Of a stretch of DNA of 64,000 nt, positions 18,137 through 29,209 are shown one piece after another. The stretch lies in assembly GCF_016026235.1 (NCBI RefSeq), contig NZ_CP065613.1; one strand, written 5' to 3'. The notes under the pieces were generated by a model, which did no database searches, was not told the origin of the DNA, and worked only from the letters and a program-made list of their open reading frames with translations. Numbering within the stretch: position 1 is the first letter of the stretch; each line of letters opens with the position of its first letter. This stretch comes from Escherichia coli. GTDB taxonomy: Bacteria; Pseudomonadota; Gammaproteobacteria; Enterobacterales; Enterobacteriaceae. Position numbers and translations under genes: made by a program.

Positions 18137-19602
18137 TGGCACGAAACAAACAAGCCCTGCGGCGAACTGTGCAGGCCACAGCTGATGGTTATGAGAATTT
18201 TATTGCCCGCGTAGGGATGCAGACACCTAACCAGCACTCAGCATCCACCTACCGGGCTAATTTCACCAGTCGTAACCGCATGCTGGTGGAATGGTCCTAT
18301 CGTTCATCCTGGATCATCGGCGAAGCAGTCGATGCTATCCCGGATGATATGACCCGCAAAGGCATTCGCATCACTTCGGAAATTGATGCAAAAGATCGTG
18401 GCATTCTCGAATCACAACTGGATGAGTTGCAAATCTGGGATGCGCTGAATGACGTGCTGAAATGGTCGCGCCTCTACGGCGGCGCGGTGGGTTTCATCAT
18501 GATTGAGGGGCAGGCACCAATGACCCCGCTGCGACCCGAAACCATCGGTAAGGGCAAGTTTAAGGGGATTCTCCCGCTCGACCGCTGGATGGTCGACCCG
18601 GCACTGACCCGCCGCATTAAAGATATGGGGCCGGACCTGGGTAAACCTGAGTTTTACGATGTGGTGACCACAGCAACGGGAATTCCTGCCTGGCGCATTC
18701 ATCACAGTCGCCTGATTCGCTTTGATGGCGTCACGTTGCCATTTCAGCAGAAGATGACCGAGAACGAATGGGGAATGTCGGTTGTAGAGCGTATCTGGGA
18801 TCGTCTTACCGCGTTCGACAGCGCTACTGTCGGCGCGGCGCAGCTGGTCTACAAGGCGCATTTGCGTACCTACAGCGTGGAGAAGCTACGCGAGCTTATC
18901 GCACTTGGTGGTCCTGCGTATGAAGCGTTGCTGAAGAATATCGACCTGATTCGACAGTTCCAGAGTAATGAAGGCATGACGCTCATGGACTCGCGGGATA
19001 AGTTTGAAACCCATCAGTACAGCTTCAGTGGTCTGGATGACATCCTTTCGCAGTTTGCAGAACAGATTAGTGGCGCTGTTGGTATCCCACTGGTGCGGTT
19101 GTTCGGACAGTCCCCGAAAGGATTTTCTACCGGTGATGCAGACCTTGCCAACTATTACGATCGCATCAGTTCGTTGCAGGAGAGGCGTTTACGTCTTCCG
19201 GTGCGGCGGATACTGGACATCATGCATCGTTCGGAACTTGGCAAGCCGCTGCCGGACGATTTCACGTTTGAGTTTAACCCGCTCTGGCAAATGTCTGATG
19301 TCGATCGCTCAACGGTGGCGTTAAACACCACCAACGCAATCAGTACGGCGCTGGGTGATGGTCTGATGACACTGAAAGCCGCTATGACTGATTTGCGAGA
19401 AAATTCTGACGTAACCGGCATCGGGGCATCCATTACCGACGAGGACATCGAGAATGCCGAAGATGAAGCGCCGCCCGGCATCGGCGAACCTGATGACGAA
19501 CCGCAGGAGCCGTCAGGCGGAAATCCGGTATCGAACCAGCCTACGCAGGATAGCGAGGGCGGTCGGAGACATCGTAAATGGTCGCTACGATGGTTCAAAT
19601 GA
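18136..19602 (+). CDS. Portal protein
   Basis: 488 aa following terminase; acidic C-terminal tail; ATGA-type overlap with terminase stop. Confidence 0.75.
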   Translation: MARNKQALRRTVQATADGYENFIARVGMQTPNQHSASTYRANFTSRNRMLVEWSYRSSWIIGEAVDAIPDDMTRKGIRITSEIDAKDRGILESQLDELQIWDALNDVLKWSRLYGGAVGFIMIEGQAPMTPLRPETIGKGKFKGILPLDRWMVDPALTRRIKDMGPDLGKPEFYDVVTTATGIPAWRIHHSRLIRFDGVTLPFQQKMTENEWGMSVVERIWDRLTAFDSATVGAAQLVYKAHLRTYSVEKLRELIALGGPAYEALLKNIDLIRQFQSNEGMTLMDSRDKFETHQYSFSGLDDILSQFAEQISGAVGIPLVRLFGQSPKGFSTGDADLANYYDRISSLQERRLRLPVRRILDIMHRSELGKPLPDDFTFEFNPLWQMSDVDRSTVALNTTNAISTALGDGLMTLKAAMTDLRENSDVTGIGASITDEDIENAEDEAPPGIGEPDDEPQEPSGGNPVSNQPTQDSEGGRRHRKWSLRWFK

Positions 19603-20236
19603 CAGTATCACGGAAATTATTGCGGCGCTGGAGCGTTACAGTGAAATCATCACCCCCTGGGCGACAAAGGTCGCGGAAAACTTTACTGCGGACCTAACCC
19701 GGCAGAACGAGAAAGTTTGGCGGCAACACAGCAAGAACATCAGTCGCGAGCTCCGCAATCTTGTGGAAAGCGCTCCTGTGGGCCAGGTGATGCAATCCAT
19801 CATCGCCGAACAGGTCAAGTACATCAAATCTCTGCCTCTCGAGGCCGCAGACAGGGTGTACGACATCCAGAACAAAGCGATAGAGGCTGTTGTCACCGGT
19901 GGTCGGGCGGAGCAGTTTGCTAAAGAGATTGCATCTACCGGCGATGTTGCTAAGTCTAGGGCCGATCTGATTGCCCGAACGGAACTGGGAAGAGCAACGG
20001 GCGCGCTGGATATGGCCCGAGCGATAGCTATTGGCTCGGATGGTTATATTTGGCGTACAGCCGATGATGGCGATGTCCGAGATTCCCACGATCACATGAA
20101 AGGTAAATTCGTCCGCTGGGATTCACCTCCAACTTTGGACGGCATGACCGGCCACGCGGGCGAGCTGCCAAACTGCCGCTGCTATAAAGAGATCGTGTTT
20201 GTTCGCGTTCCATTCGCAATGAAAAGGGCAGCATAA
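19454..20236 (+). CDS. Head morphogenesis protein (Mu F / SPP1 gp7-like)
   Basis: 260 aa ORF; no in-frame ATG downstream of portal stop, so it overlaps portal 3' end by ~149 bp in another frame. Confidence 0.6.
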   Translation: MPKMKRRPASANLMTNRRSRQAEIRYRTSLRRIARAVGDIVNGRYDGSNDSITEIIAALERYSEIITPWATKVAENFTADLTRQNEKVWRQHSKNISRELRNLVESAPVGQVMQSIIAEQVKYIKSLPLEAADRVYDIQNKAIEAVVTGGRAEQFAKEIASTGDVAKSRADLIARTELGRATGALDMARAIAIGSDGYIWRTADDGDVRDSHDHMKGKFVRWDSPPTLDGMTGHAGELPNCRCYKEIVFVRVPFAMKRAA

Positions 20237-20239
20237 CCC

Positions 20240-21460
20240 ATGAAATACTTTTTTGAGACCAGGCTCGGGGAAACCCGATACCGCCTGGCTGACGGCTCGT
20301 TGCTGTGCAAAGACGTGCCGATAGGACGAACAGGTAAGCAGCTCTATGGTGCTGATGACCTGCCAAAACTGAAACCCGATAAGTTCGGTGAAATAGTCGT
20401 CACGCGTTCTCCTGAGCAGGTATTCCATCCGGCCACGCTTGCCTCATTCGAAGGGATGAGCATCACGATCCTGCATCCTGAAGATGAAAACGGGAATGTG
20501 CGGCTGGTAAATCCCGAGAACTGGAAAGAGCTTGCTGTCGGGCACCTCCAGAATGTCCGGCGCGGGACGGGTGAGCAGTCTGATTTGATGCTGGCTGACC
20601 TTATCGTCAAAGACGAAAGCGCCATTCAGCTTATCGAAGATGGCCTGCGCGAAGTGTCGTGCGGCTATGACGCGGAGTACGAGCAGACCGAGCCAGGTAA
20701 AGCCGAGCAGGTCGATATTACCGGAAACCATGTGGCTCTTGTCCCTAAAGGCAGAGCCGGAAATCGTTGTGCAATTGGAGACAGAGACACAATGGCAAAT
20801 CAAAAGAAAAACTGGTGGAACCGCATGCGTGCGGCCATCAAGACAGGAGATGCCGACACCATGAACGAACTGGTGGAGTCGGCTCCCGCATCGGTTACAG
20901 GAGATGAGGGGGATTTGCCGCAGGGCGTTAATCTCAACATCAACCTGTCCCCGCAGCAACCACTACCGGACAAAGCACCAGAGATGGGCGGAGATCCAAC
21001 CGGCGACAGTGATGATGACCTCAAAACATTACTGAAAGCCCTGCTGGCTAAGCTGGAAAGAAATGCCACGGGCGATAACGATAATAAGCCTGACGATAAT
21101 CCGACCGGTGACGGCGAGGACGATGAAGAGGAAACCACGATTACTGGTGACTCAGCCTGGCGTGCCGAAGTTATCGTTCCGGGTATCGATCTGAGCCGTA
21201 AGATGAAACCGACCGCGTTCAAACGCGAGGTTCTGGCTTCTGCTGACAAAACGCTGGTTCGCCAGATAGTCGGTGATGCGGATATCCGCAAATTACCGAA
21301 ACAATCGGTCGACATGGCGTTTAATGCCGTGTCTGAGGTTGCCAAAGGGCGAAACACCCGCGCCACCACCGGCGATGCACAGCGCCTAAACATGGGCATG
21401 ACCAGTATCGCTTCCCTGAACAAACAAAACGCTGAATTCTGGGCAAGCCGTAAAGGGTAA
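20240..21460 (+). CDS. Scaffold/prohead-protease-like protein
   Basis: 406 aa; acidic repeat-rich C-terminal half typical of scaffolds. Confidence 0.5.
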   Translation: MKYFFETRLGETRYRLADGSLLCKDVPIGRTGKQLYGADDLPKLKPDKFGEIVVTRSPEQVFHPATLASFEGMSITILHPEDENGNVRLVNPENWKELAVGHLQNVRRGTGEQSDLMLADLIVKDESAIQLIEDGLREVSCGYDAEYEQTEPGKAEQVDITGNHVALVPKGRAGNRCAIGDRDTMANQKKNWWNRMRAAIKTGDADTMNELVESAPASVTGDEGDLPQGVNLNINLSPQQPLPDKAPEMGGDPTGDSDDDLKTLLKALLAKLERNATGDNDNKPDDNPTGDGEDDEEETTITGDSAWRAEVIVPGIDLSRKMKPTAFKREVLASADKTLVRQIVGDADIRKLPKQSVDMAFNAVSEVAKGRNTRATTGDAQRLNMGMTSIASLNKQNAEFWASRKG

Positions 21461-21463
21461 AAA

Positions 21464-21970
21464 ATGAATAATGTATTTCTGTACCGGATGCCTGTTGGCA
21501 TTGCCGGGGCTGTCTCTCGCCCGCAGGACTTAACCGTCGAACCGGTGGTCCTTAAATCCGATAACGCCTTCGCTGCCTATGGCCTGGCTGGTAAATACGA
21601 TGATGACGGTTTTTTCGTGCCGCTGGCAGATGGTGATACCGCAGACAAGGTGAAGGGGATCTACGTGCGCCCTTATCCGACCACGTCGCAGCCGGACATG
21701 GTTCGCCAGGTGGGAACAGGCAAGAACTTCCCGGGCGACGCCATGAAGCGTGGCTACGTGACCGTTAATCTCGGTTCTGATTTTGATGCCAGCACTATCA
21801 AAAAAGGCGATCCGGTATACGTTGTCGTCTCCACTGATGAATCCATCAAAGTGCCGCTGGGTGGATTCATGTCCACGTCAGTCAGTGGCAAAAACGTGGT
21901 GCTGACCAACGCTGAATTCACAGGTGCCGGTGATGCTGACGGCAATGCAGAAATTTCCTGGAAGATTTAA
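21464..21970 (+). CDS. Head structural/decoration protein
   Basis: 168 aa between scaffold and major capsid gene. Confidence 0.45.
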   Translation: MNNVFLYRMPVGIAGAVSRPQDLTVEPVVLKSDNAFAAYGLAGKYDDDGFFVPLADGDTADKVKGIYVRPYPTTSQPDMVRQVGTGKNFPGDAMKRGYVTVNLGSDFDASTIKKGDPVYVVVSTDESIKVPLGGFMSTSVSGKNVVLTNAEFTGAGDADGNAEISWKI

Positions 21971-21981
21971 GGAACAGACGA

Positions 21982-22923
21982 ATGATTACTTTTGATCAGG
22001 CAACCGTTGACAGCTCTGGTGCCTTTCTCATCGGGGAGCTGGAGCGACTCGACCAGACGCTGAACCTGCCACTGGTGGGGTACACCTGGAGCCGCGATAT
22101 TCAACTGCGTGAAGACGTCTCCATCGCAGATGACATTTCCAGCTGGACGAATACCAGCTTCGCCGCTGCGGGTACTGGCGCAAATCCGAATGGAAAAAAC
22201 TGGGTAGGCAAAGACTCAACCGCTATTGCTGGCGTGAACGTGGATATCGGCAAATCCGGTAACCCGCTGAACCTGTGGGGGATGGAACTTGGCTGGACGG
22301 TCATAGAATTGCAGGCTGCTCAGCAGGTCGGCCGCCCGATTGATACGCAGAAGTATGACGGTATGCAACTGAAATGGCAGATGGATAACGATGAACAGGT
22401 ATATGTTGGCGATTCCGCATTAAACCTGAAAGGCCTTGTTACCCTGGACGGCGTGCCTGTCAACAACGCTGCCAAAACGTGGGCAACCTCAACACCGGAC
22501 GAAATCCGCGCAAGCATTAACCAGGTGCTGTCTGATGCGTGGGCCGCTTCTGGTTACTCTGTGGTTCCGCGTGATTTGCTGATCCCGCCTGAGCAGTTTG
22601 CTCTGTTGTCCAGCATCATCGTTTCATCTGCAGGTAACCAGTCCCTGTTGACGTACCTTCAGACCAACACCATCAGCTATCACCAGAACGGTGTTCCGCT
22701 GAATATCCGCGCGGTTAAATGGCTGAAAGGCCGTGGTGTGGGGAATAAGGATCGCATGGTTGCGTACACCAACGATAAAAAATACGTCCGCTACCCGCTG
22801 GTTCCGCTTCAGAGCGTGCCGGTGCAGTATCGCGGTCTGTATCAGATCGTCACTTACTACGGCAAGCTGGGTGCAGTCGAGCCAGTGTACAAAGAAACCA
22901 TTTCGTACGTTGATGGCATTTAA
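21982..22923 (+). CDS. Major capsid protein
   Basis: 313 aa in canonical position with strong SD. Confidence 0.7.
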   Translation: MITFDQATVDSSGAFLIGELERLDQTLNLPLVGYTWSRDIQLREDVSIADDISSWTNTSFAAAGTGANPNGKNWVGKDSTAIAGVNVDIGKSGNPLNLWGMELGWTVIELQAAQQVGRPIDTQKYDGMQLKWQMDNDEQVYVGDSALNLKGLVTLDGVPVNNAAKTWATSTPDEIRASINQVLSDAWAASGYSVVPRDLLIPPEQFALLSSIIVSSAGNQSLLTYLQTNTISYHQNGVPLNIRAVKWLKGRGVGNKDRMVAYTNDKKYVRYPLVPLQSVPVQYRGLYQIVTYYGKLGAVEPVYKETISYVDGI

Positions 22924-22964
22924 CAGCCATATGGCCCCCTGGCGGGGCCATTAAGGATGACCCG

Positions 22965-23186
22965 ATGGCAAAAAATAATGCAGTAATACACGTACATACC
23001 CCGTTTGTGCTCACGCTTCCCGACGGTTCGCGGCGCGAGTTTGTTAAAGGCCGTCATGCAGTGGAGGAAGACGTTGCCACGCACTGGTTCACTCGTGCGC
23101 ACGCGGAAGTATCCGTTGGCAAAGCCACAGACGCGCGTAACGAGGTAAAAAATGCCAAAGAATCAAAGTCTGCCAGCGGTAAGTGA
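22965..23186 (+). CDS. Hypothetical head-associated protein
   Basis: 73 aa ORF. Confidence 0.4.
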   Translation: MAKNNAVIHVHTPFVLTLPDGSRREFVKGRHAVEEDVATHWFTRAHAEVSVGKATDARNEVKNAKESKSASGK

Positions 23187-23559
23187 TTTTCGCCGCGACT
23201 TCCCGCAGTTTGCTGACCCTGCCAAATATCCCGAAGCGCAAATCCAGTTTCGTCTGAATCTGGCCGATGAACTGCTGAGCGAAAACGTCACCGAAAAAAA
23301 GTTGTTTCCGTACTTTGCCGGATTGTTCGTTGCGCACTACATGACGCTCTGGGCGGCAGACAGCCGGGCGATGCTGGCTGGTGGTCCGGGCGGTTCAACC
23401 AATGGTGTTCAGTCCTCAAAGTCCGTGGATAAGGTAAGCGTCAGTTATGACACCAGCGCGACGCTGAATCCTGATGCAGGTTTCTGGAATAACACCCGAT
23501 ATGGCGCTGAATTTTATCAGTTGATCACGATGTTCGGTGCAGGCGGTCGCCAGCTATGA
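23152..23559 (+). CDS. Head-tail connector/neck protein
   Basis: 135 aa ORF in neck module, overlapping neighbours. Confidence 0.5.
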   Translation: MPKNQSLPAVSDFRRDFPQFADPAKYPEAQIQFRLNLADELLSENVTEKKLFPYFAGLFVAHYMTLWAADSRAMLAGGPGGSTNGVQSSKSVDKVSVSYDTSATLNPDAGFWNNTRYGAEFYQLITMFGAGGRQL

Positions 23560-24044
23560 GTTTCAAAAGCGGTGTAACAACGAGGGTGGATAACGCTCAG
23601 GCCATTCTGGATGCGCTCAGGTCGTTAACCAAAAAAGATGTGCTGGTCGGCATCCCTTCGGAAGACAGCGAGCGGGATGATGTTCCGTTTGGTAATGCGG
23701 GCATCGGTTACCTCAACGAATACGGCTCACCGGCGCAAAACATCCCGCCACGACCTCACCTGGTCCCCGGCGTTAAATCGGTAGAAGAACAGACAGTGCC
23801 GCAGCTCAAAGCAGCGGCGCAGGCTGCGCTTGATGGTAATGCGGCGGGTGCGGAAAGAGCGCTCAACCGTGCCGGAACGCTGGCCGCTAATGGCGTCAGG
23901 CGTTACATGACCATTACCGGCTTTACGCCGCTTGCTGACAGTACTGTTGAAGCCCGGGCTCGTCGGGGCGCAAGGGGGCAACACTGGAACTTGCCCGGCG
24001 TGCTGCTGGCGAATCTCCGGGAACCGAACTGGCGAAACCATTAA
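23556..24044 (+). CDS. Neck/head-completion protein
   Basis: 162 aa ORF, start overlaps previous stop. Confidence 0.5.
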   Translation: MSFKSGVTTRVDNAQAILDALRSLTKKDVLVGIPSEDSERDDVPFGNAGIGYLNEYGSPAQNIPPRPHLVPGVKSVEEQTVPQLKAAAQAALDGNAAGAERALNRAGTLAANGVRRYMTITGFTPLADSTVEARARRGARGQHWNLPGVLLANLREPNWRNH

Positions 24045-24095
24045 TTGACACCGGGCAATATCGCAGAGCGATTACCCATGTTGTGAGGGATAAAG

Positions 24096-24485
24096 ATGCC
24101 GACTCTTGATGTAACAGATGTGCTTTTTGACCCCGATTTTTGCGACTTCAATTTGTGGGTAACACGCCGTGTGCAAACGGTGGATGAGGATGGGATCGGC
24201 AGCGACAGCGAAGTTAAAAAGCAGTTTGCCGGAGTCGTTACTGTTGATCGCTCTCTGGAAAACCGTCGTATGCAGGCCGGGCAGGTAATCAGTGGTGCAA
24301 TTCTGATTGTGACGACTGAGCGACTGACGCAGGGACAGACTGGCCGTGATGCCGATATCGTGACGTATCAGGGCCGTGATTATCGTGTGACTTTCGTCGA
24401 CCCGTATACAGCGTATGGTGCCGGATTCGTTCAGGCGCATTGTGAGTTGCTGCCGTTTGATGGGGGAATTCCGGTTGAGCAATAA
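24096..24485 (+). CDS. Tail completion/neck protein
   Basis: 129 aa ORF. Confidence 0.5.
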   Translation: MPTLDVTDVLFDPDFCDFNLWVTRRVQTVDEDGIGSDSEVKKQFAGVVTVDRSLENRRMQAGQVISGAILIVTTERLTQGQTGRDADIVTYQGRDYRVTFVDPYTAYGAGFVQAHCELLPFDGGIPVEQ

Positions 24486-25023
24486 CACCAGCACAGAGCG
24501 CGGATGGCTGATACCAACCAGTGGCGATCCGGATTATGACGAAGCGCTCGACAGGCTGTTAAGCCAGTGGATGCGTAACGTTTCCGGTCTGTCTGCCGGG
24601 ATGGTTCGTCCGCGCTGGCAGAAAGAGCAGCCGCCACTGCTACCGGCTGAAACGAGCTGGTGTGCGTTTGGGGTTATCGGATGGTCAGGTGATGACAGTC
24701 CGGCATTCACCAGACAGACCGATGATGGCTCTCAGCTCTGGCGGCATGAAACGATTGAGTGTATGGCTTCGTTTTATGGTCCGGCGGGGATGGTGTATGC
24801 GTCCCGGTTTCGTGACGGTATATCTGTGCCGCAGAACAATGCAGCACTGAATGCGCTGGGGCTGTCTCTTGGCGATTACACAGGTCTGACTCCCTTCCCT
24901 GAACTTATTAATCAGCAATGGGTCCGCCGCTACGATATGACGGTGCGTCTGCGCCGGAAGGTTGTGCGCGAGTACGGTATTAAATCGCTGGTGGAAGCAC
25001 CAGTCATCTTTTTCGGAGATTAA
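24460..25023 (+). CDS. Neck/tail-terminator-like protein
   Basis: ORF 24415..25023 with start placed at ATG 24460. Confidence 0.5.
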   Translation: MGEFRLSNNTSTERGWLIPTSGDPDYDEALDRLLSQWMRNVSGLSAGMVRPRWQKEQPPLLPAETSWCAFGVIGWSGDDSPAFTRQTDDGSQLWRHETIECMASFYGPAGMVYASRFRDGISVPQNNAALNALGLSLGDYTGLTPFPELINQQWVRRYDMTVRLRRKVVREYGIKSLVEAPVIFFGD

Positions 25024-25026
25024 GCT

Positions 25027-26172
25027 ATGGCACAGGGCTTGCCTGTATCAAACGTTGTTAATGTTGATGTGATCATGTCGCCGCGTGCAGCATCAGGGCG
25101 AAATTTTGGTGCATTACTCATTCTCGGCCCGTCCACAATCATTCCGGTAAGTGAGCGCATTCGCCGTTATTCTGCTGCGGAAGATATTGGAAAAGATTTT
25201 GGCGTGGAATCACCAGAATATAAGGCTGCGCAGGTGTTTTTCTCACAATCACCGAAACCTCAGGAGGTTTTTGTTGGTCGTTGGGTGAAAACGAAGGGAG
25301 ACAGCGAACAGGCCACGCCTGAGACGCTGGAGCAGGCTGTGAATGCCATGCTTGATTATACTTCATGGTATGGGCTGGGGATTGCAGACGATGCAGATAT
25401 TCCGGATGCAGACTGGCTGAAAGTGGCTGCGGCGATCGAATCCTCTTCTGTAAGCCGTATTCTGGCGATTACGACAAGCGATGAGAAATGCCTGCAGACT
25501 GCATCCAGCGATGATTTGGCATCAAAACTGAAAACCGCCGGATATTCACGCAGTTTTATTCAGTATTCATCGGGTAATAAATACGCTGCGTTATCTGCAT
25601 TTGGCCGGGCATTCACGGTTAATTTCAATGGCAGTAATACCGCGATTACGCTCAAGTTTAAGCAGGAGCCGGGTGTCGGGTATGAAACACTGACAGTCAG
25701 CCAGGCATCGGCACTTGATGCAAAAAACTGCAATGTATTCGTGTACTACCAGAATGATACGGCTATCCTCCAGCAGGGAGTGATGGCTAACGGCGATTTC
25801 TTTGATGAACGCCACGGCCTGGACTGGTTACAGAATTATGTGCAGACCAACCTCTATAACCTGCTTTATACCAGCACCACGAAAGTACCCCAGAGTGAAG
25901 CCGGTATTACCCGACTGTTATCAAGTGTTGAAAAATCACTGGATCAGGCCGTTCAGAATGGACTGATTGCTCCGGGCGTATGGAACGGTGGCGACCTTGG
26001 TCAGTTGTCATCAGGTGACACGCTGCCCAAAGGTTATTACGTATACGCCCAGCCGCTGGATGAACAGGCACAATCAGAACGTGAAGCCCGTAAGGCTCCG
26101 GTGATTCAGGCTGCAATAAAACTTGCAGGCGCGGTTCATTACGCTGACGTACAGATTAACGTTGTTCGCTAA
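25027..26172 (+). CDS. Tail sheath protein (contractile tail)
   Basis: 381 aa, first gene of sheath–tube–chaperone–tape-measure order. Confidence 0.65.
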   Translation: MAQGLPVSNVVNVDVIMSPRAASGRNFGALLILGPSTIIPVSERIRRYSAAEDIGKDFGVESPEYKAAQVFFSQSPKPQEVFVGRWVKTKGDSEQATPETLEQAVNAMLDYTSWYGLGIADDADIPDADWLKVAAAIESSSVSRILAITTSDEKCLQTASSDDLASKLKTAGYSRSFIQYSSGNKYAALSAFGRAFTVNFNGSNTAITLKFKQEPGVGYETLTVSQASALDAKNCNVFVYYQNDTAILQQGVMANGDFFDERHGLDWLQNYVQTNLYNLLYTSTTKVPQSEAGITRLLSSVEKSLDQAVQNGLIAPGVWNGGDLGQLSSGDTLPKGYYVYAQPLDEQAQSEREARKAPVIQAAIKLAGAVHYADVQINVVR

Positions 26173-26182
26173 GGGGAAGTGA

Positions 26183-26623
26183 ATGTCTACCTATTCTTTT
26201 ATGGATGTCACTGCGACGCTGACCGGGCCGACCGGTTCGATTGACCTCGGGTACGGTTCGGCAAGTTCTGAAGAGGGGATTGTGGTTGCGATGGGCGGTC
26301 CTAAAAACACCATGACCATCGGTGCTGATGGCGAAGTGATGCACAGTCTCCATGCAGATAAAAGCGGGACGATTACCGTTAACCTTCTGAAGACATCACC
26401 GACAAATAAAAAATTGTCGCTGGCGTATAACGCACAGAGCCAGTCTTCTGCCACATGGGGGAATAACGTTATTGTGATCCGAAACAAGGTCAGCGGCGAC
26501 ATCATCACGGCACGCAGTGTTGCGTTCCAGAAACAACCGGATAACGCCAACGCTAAAACCGGTAATACGATGCCGTGGGTGCTTGACTGCGGCAAGATTG
26601 ACCAGGTTCTCGGGGAGTTTTAA
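26183..26623 (+). CDS. Tail tube protein
   Basis: 146 aa directly after sheath gene. Confidence 0.6.
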   Translation: MSTYSFMDVTATLTGPTGSIDLGYGSASSEEGIVVAMGGPKNTMTIGADGEVMHSLHADKSGTITVNLLKTSPTNKKLSLAYNAQSQSSATWGNNVIVIRNKVSGDIITARSVAFQKQPDNANAKTGNTMPWVLDCGKIDQVLGEF

Positions 26624-26626
26624 TAC

Positions 26627-27079
26627 ATGGAATTCGAAATCAAAGGCGTGAAATATCGCGCGGCAAAACTCAGCGTTTTTGACCAGCTGAAAGTGACCCG
26701 CAAACTTCTGCCGGTGCTGGCAGGAATGATGTCAGATTTCGGGAGCATTCGCTCCCGTTTGCCTGCTGACGGCAAAATAGACACCGTGAAATTCGAGCAG
26801 TTAAAACCGGTGTTTGAAACCATGCTCCCGCGTATCGCTGAGGAACTGTCTTCCCTGACCGAAGATGACACCAGTGCAATTATTCATCCCTGTCTTGCGG
26901 TGGTGTCGCGGCGTCATATGGACGGATGGGTGCCGGTATTTACCCAGGGCGAACTGATGTTTGATGATATTGACCTGCTGGTCATGCTGCAGCTGGTGGC
27001 GCGGGTGGTCGCCGATTCGCTAGGAAATTTTTTGCAAGGACACCCTACCAAAGAGACGCCCATCCCGCCAGCGGAATAA
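26627..27079 (+). CDS. Tail assembly chaperone (0-frame product)
   Basis: 150 aa just upstream of tape-measure gene; contains slippery heptamer near 3' end. Confidence 0.6.
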   Translation: MEFEIKGVKYRAAKLSVFDQLKVTRKLLPVLAGMMSDFGSIRSRLPADGKIDTVKFEQLKPVFETMLPRIAEELSSLTEDDTSAIIHPCLAVVSRRHMDGWVPVFTQGELMFDDIDLLVMLQLVARVVADSLGNFLQGHPTKETPIPPAE

Positions 27080-27276
27080 CCTTCAATAGCCTGCCGGGTG
27101 GTGAAGATTTTATTCTTCGTCCGGCGCTTGCCTTCCATATTGACCAGAAAGATCTTAACAGTGGTGCGGTAGATCTCTGTCGCATCGCGCTTCTTAATGA
27201 CTACCTTGATATGTGCGAGGACAACGATGTCCGGGTAGAAAAATGGAGAGAGGATAATGAACGCCGAGACTATTAA
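27028..27276 (+). other. Candidate programmed -1 frameshift: slippery T_TTT_TTG (27028-27034) plus -1 frame extension to 27276
   Basis: aaT TTT TTG in chaperone frame; -1 frame stays open ~80 codons to TAA 27274-27276, overlapping tape-measure start. Confidence 0.5.
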
Positions 27277-29209
27277 AGATTTCCTCGTCTCGCTTGGCTT
27301 CAGTGTGGATGATGCAGGAGCGAAAAAGTTCGGTTCTGTCCTCGCCGGTACAACTGCAAATGTCATCAAAATGGGGCTGGCTGTTGAAGGAGCTGCGCTG
27401 TCCGTGGTGGCCTTCACGGCTAAGATCGCCTCCGGTCTGGATAATCTTTACTGGGCGTCACAGCGCACCGGCGCGACAGTCCAGGGAATTCAGTCTATTG
27501 GCTATGCGGTTTCGCAGGTTGGCGGCAGCGTGGACGCTGCGCGATCTTCTCTGGAAAGCCTCTCCCGGTTTATTCGTAACAATCCCGGTGCAGAAGGCTT
27601 TCTGAATCGCCTGGGCGTACAGACCCGTGATGCCAGCGGTAACATGCGTGACATGGCCGCTATTTTTACTGGTGTAGGCCAGAAGCTCAGCGGTATGCCG
27701 TATTACCGGGCTAACCAGTATGCGCAGATGCTGGGCATTGACGAAAATACCCTTATGGCTATGCGTCGCGGAGTGGGGCAGTTCAGCGCTCAGTATTCAG
27801 AAATGGTGAAAGCGATCGGATTTAATGCCGATCAGGCTGCCTTATCGTCAAACCGGTTTATGACCTCGCTGAAATCGCTCGGTGAAATGGCCGGGATGGC
27901 GCGGGACAAAATCGGATCGAATCTTGCGGACGGACTGGCGGGGCAGATTGATAACCTGCGCAAAAAGATAATTGAAAATTTTCCCAAAATTGAAGTCACC
28001 ATCACAAAGGTCATAAAGGGGATCCTCTGGCTGGGTGAGATAGTCGGGCGGGGTGCATTCCGGATAGTCGATGGTGTCGGAGATATCATCGAGTGGTGGG
28101 GGAAACTGGATGCCGAAACGAAAACCCTGATAGAGGTTATCGGCGGTCTGGTTGTCGCCATGCGGATACTTAACTCTACTTTCTGGATGTCACCTATAGG
28201 GCTGATTACCGGTCTGATCGTGGCTCTCGGTCTCTTGTGGGAAGACTACAAAACATGGAAAGAAGGCGGTAACAGTCTTATCGACTGGGAAAAATGGCAA
28301 CCAGCAATAGATAAAGCGAAGGATGCGATCACCTGGCTTCGTGATCACCTTCTGGAACTAAAAGATGGTGTTGGCGGCTGGCAAAATGCACTGGAAATCC
28401 TCGGTACATTCATCGCGGGTGTCTGGGTATCCAAGGTTCTGGGGGCTTTCGGGAAAATATCAGGTTTGCTGGTCCCGCCGTGGTTAAAAGGCTGGATGGC
28501 TTATGCTGCGTATTTGTACTCTGATCGCGAAAATATTGGTGCCAGTGCGAAGTCATCCTGGGATTACACGAAACAAAATATTGGAGGTTCATTGCGCTGG
28601 CTTGGCATTGATACCGATTTTGGTCGTAATCCTCATACCGTAAAAGGCGCAAATATTCAGTCAGATATTCCAGGTGCTGAGCCGGAACAACATGCGCAGT
28701 CTACGAAGCGTACTTTAGCCGATCGGAATAACAATCCAGGGAATATTCGCCCGGTGAGCGGTAAAGGGTTCCGGTTTTTCGAATCAGCTCTTGAGGGCTG
28801 GGAGGCGATGAAAAACCAGCTCATGCGTTACTTTACTGGGAAAACAACCGGACGGGCATTACAGACTATTCAGGATATTGTCAGTACCTGGGCCCCGGCA
28901 GGTGATAACAACGATCCGAAAAAGTATGCACAGGATGTTGCGAAATGGATGGGAGTATCACCGAATGCAATATTGAATCTTACAGATCCCCGGACTATGG
29001 GAGCATTGATGCAGTCGATGGCGCGCAAAGAAGGTTATTCAAACTGGAACAGCCCGCTGGCGTATCAGGCCGCCGCTGGCAACCTTAACCAGCAGACTGT
29101 TATAAATGTTCATGGAGTTAACAACCCTCAGGAGGCGGCTAATCTGATCGCTGACAAGCAGGGGGCTGTAAATGCCAGGGCGGTACAGCAATTGAAAGGA
29201 CCTGCGTAA
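27257..29209 (+). CDS. Tail tape measure protein
   Basis: 650 aa; Gly/Ala-rich hydrophobic central segments. Confidence 0.7.
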   Translation: MNAETIKDFLVSLGFSVDDAGAKKFGSVLAGTTANVIKMGLAVEGAALSVVAFTAKIASGLDNLYWASQRTGATVQGIQSIGYAVSQVGGSVDAARSSLESLSRFIRNNPGAEGFLNRLGVQTRDASGNMRDMAAIFTGVGQKLSGMPYYRANQYAQMLGIDENTLMAMRRGVGQFSAQYSEMVKAIGFNADQAALSSNRFMTSLKSLGEMAGMARDKIGSNLADGLAGQIDNLRKKIIENFPKIEVTITKVIKGILWLGEIVGRGAFRIVDGVGDIIEWWGKLDAETKTLIEVIGGLVVAMRILNSTFWMSPIGLITGLIVALGLLWEDYKTWKEGGNSLIDWEKWQPAIDKAKDAITWLRDHLLELKDGVGGWQNALEILGTFIAGVWVSKVLGAFGKISGLLVPPWLKGWMAYAAYLYSDRENIGASAKSSWDYTKQNIGGSLRWLGIDTDFGRNPHTVKGANIQSDIPGAEPEQHAQSTKRTLADRNNNPGNIRPVSGKGFRFFESALEGWEAMKNQLMRYFTGKTTGRALQTIQDIVSTWAPAGDNNDPKKYAQDVAKWMGVSPNAILNLTDPRTMGALMQSMARKEGYSNWNSPLAYQAAAGNLNQQTVINVHGVNNPQEAANLIADKQGAVNARAVQQLKGPA

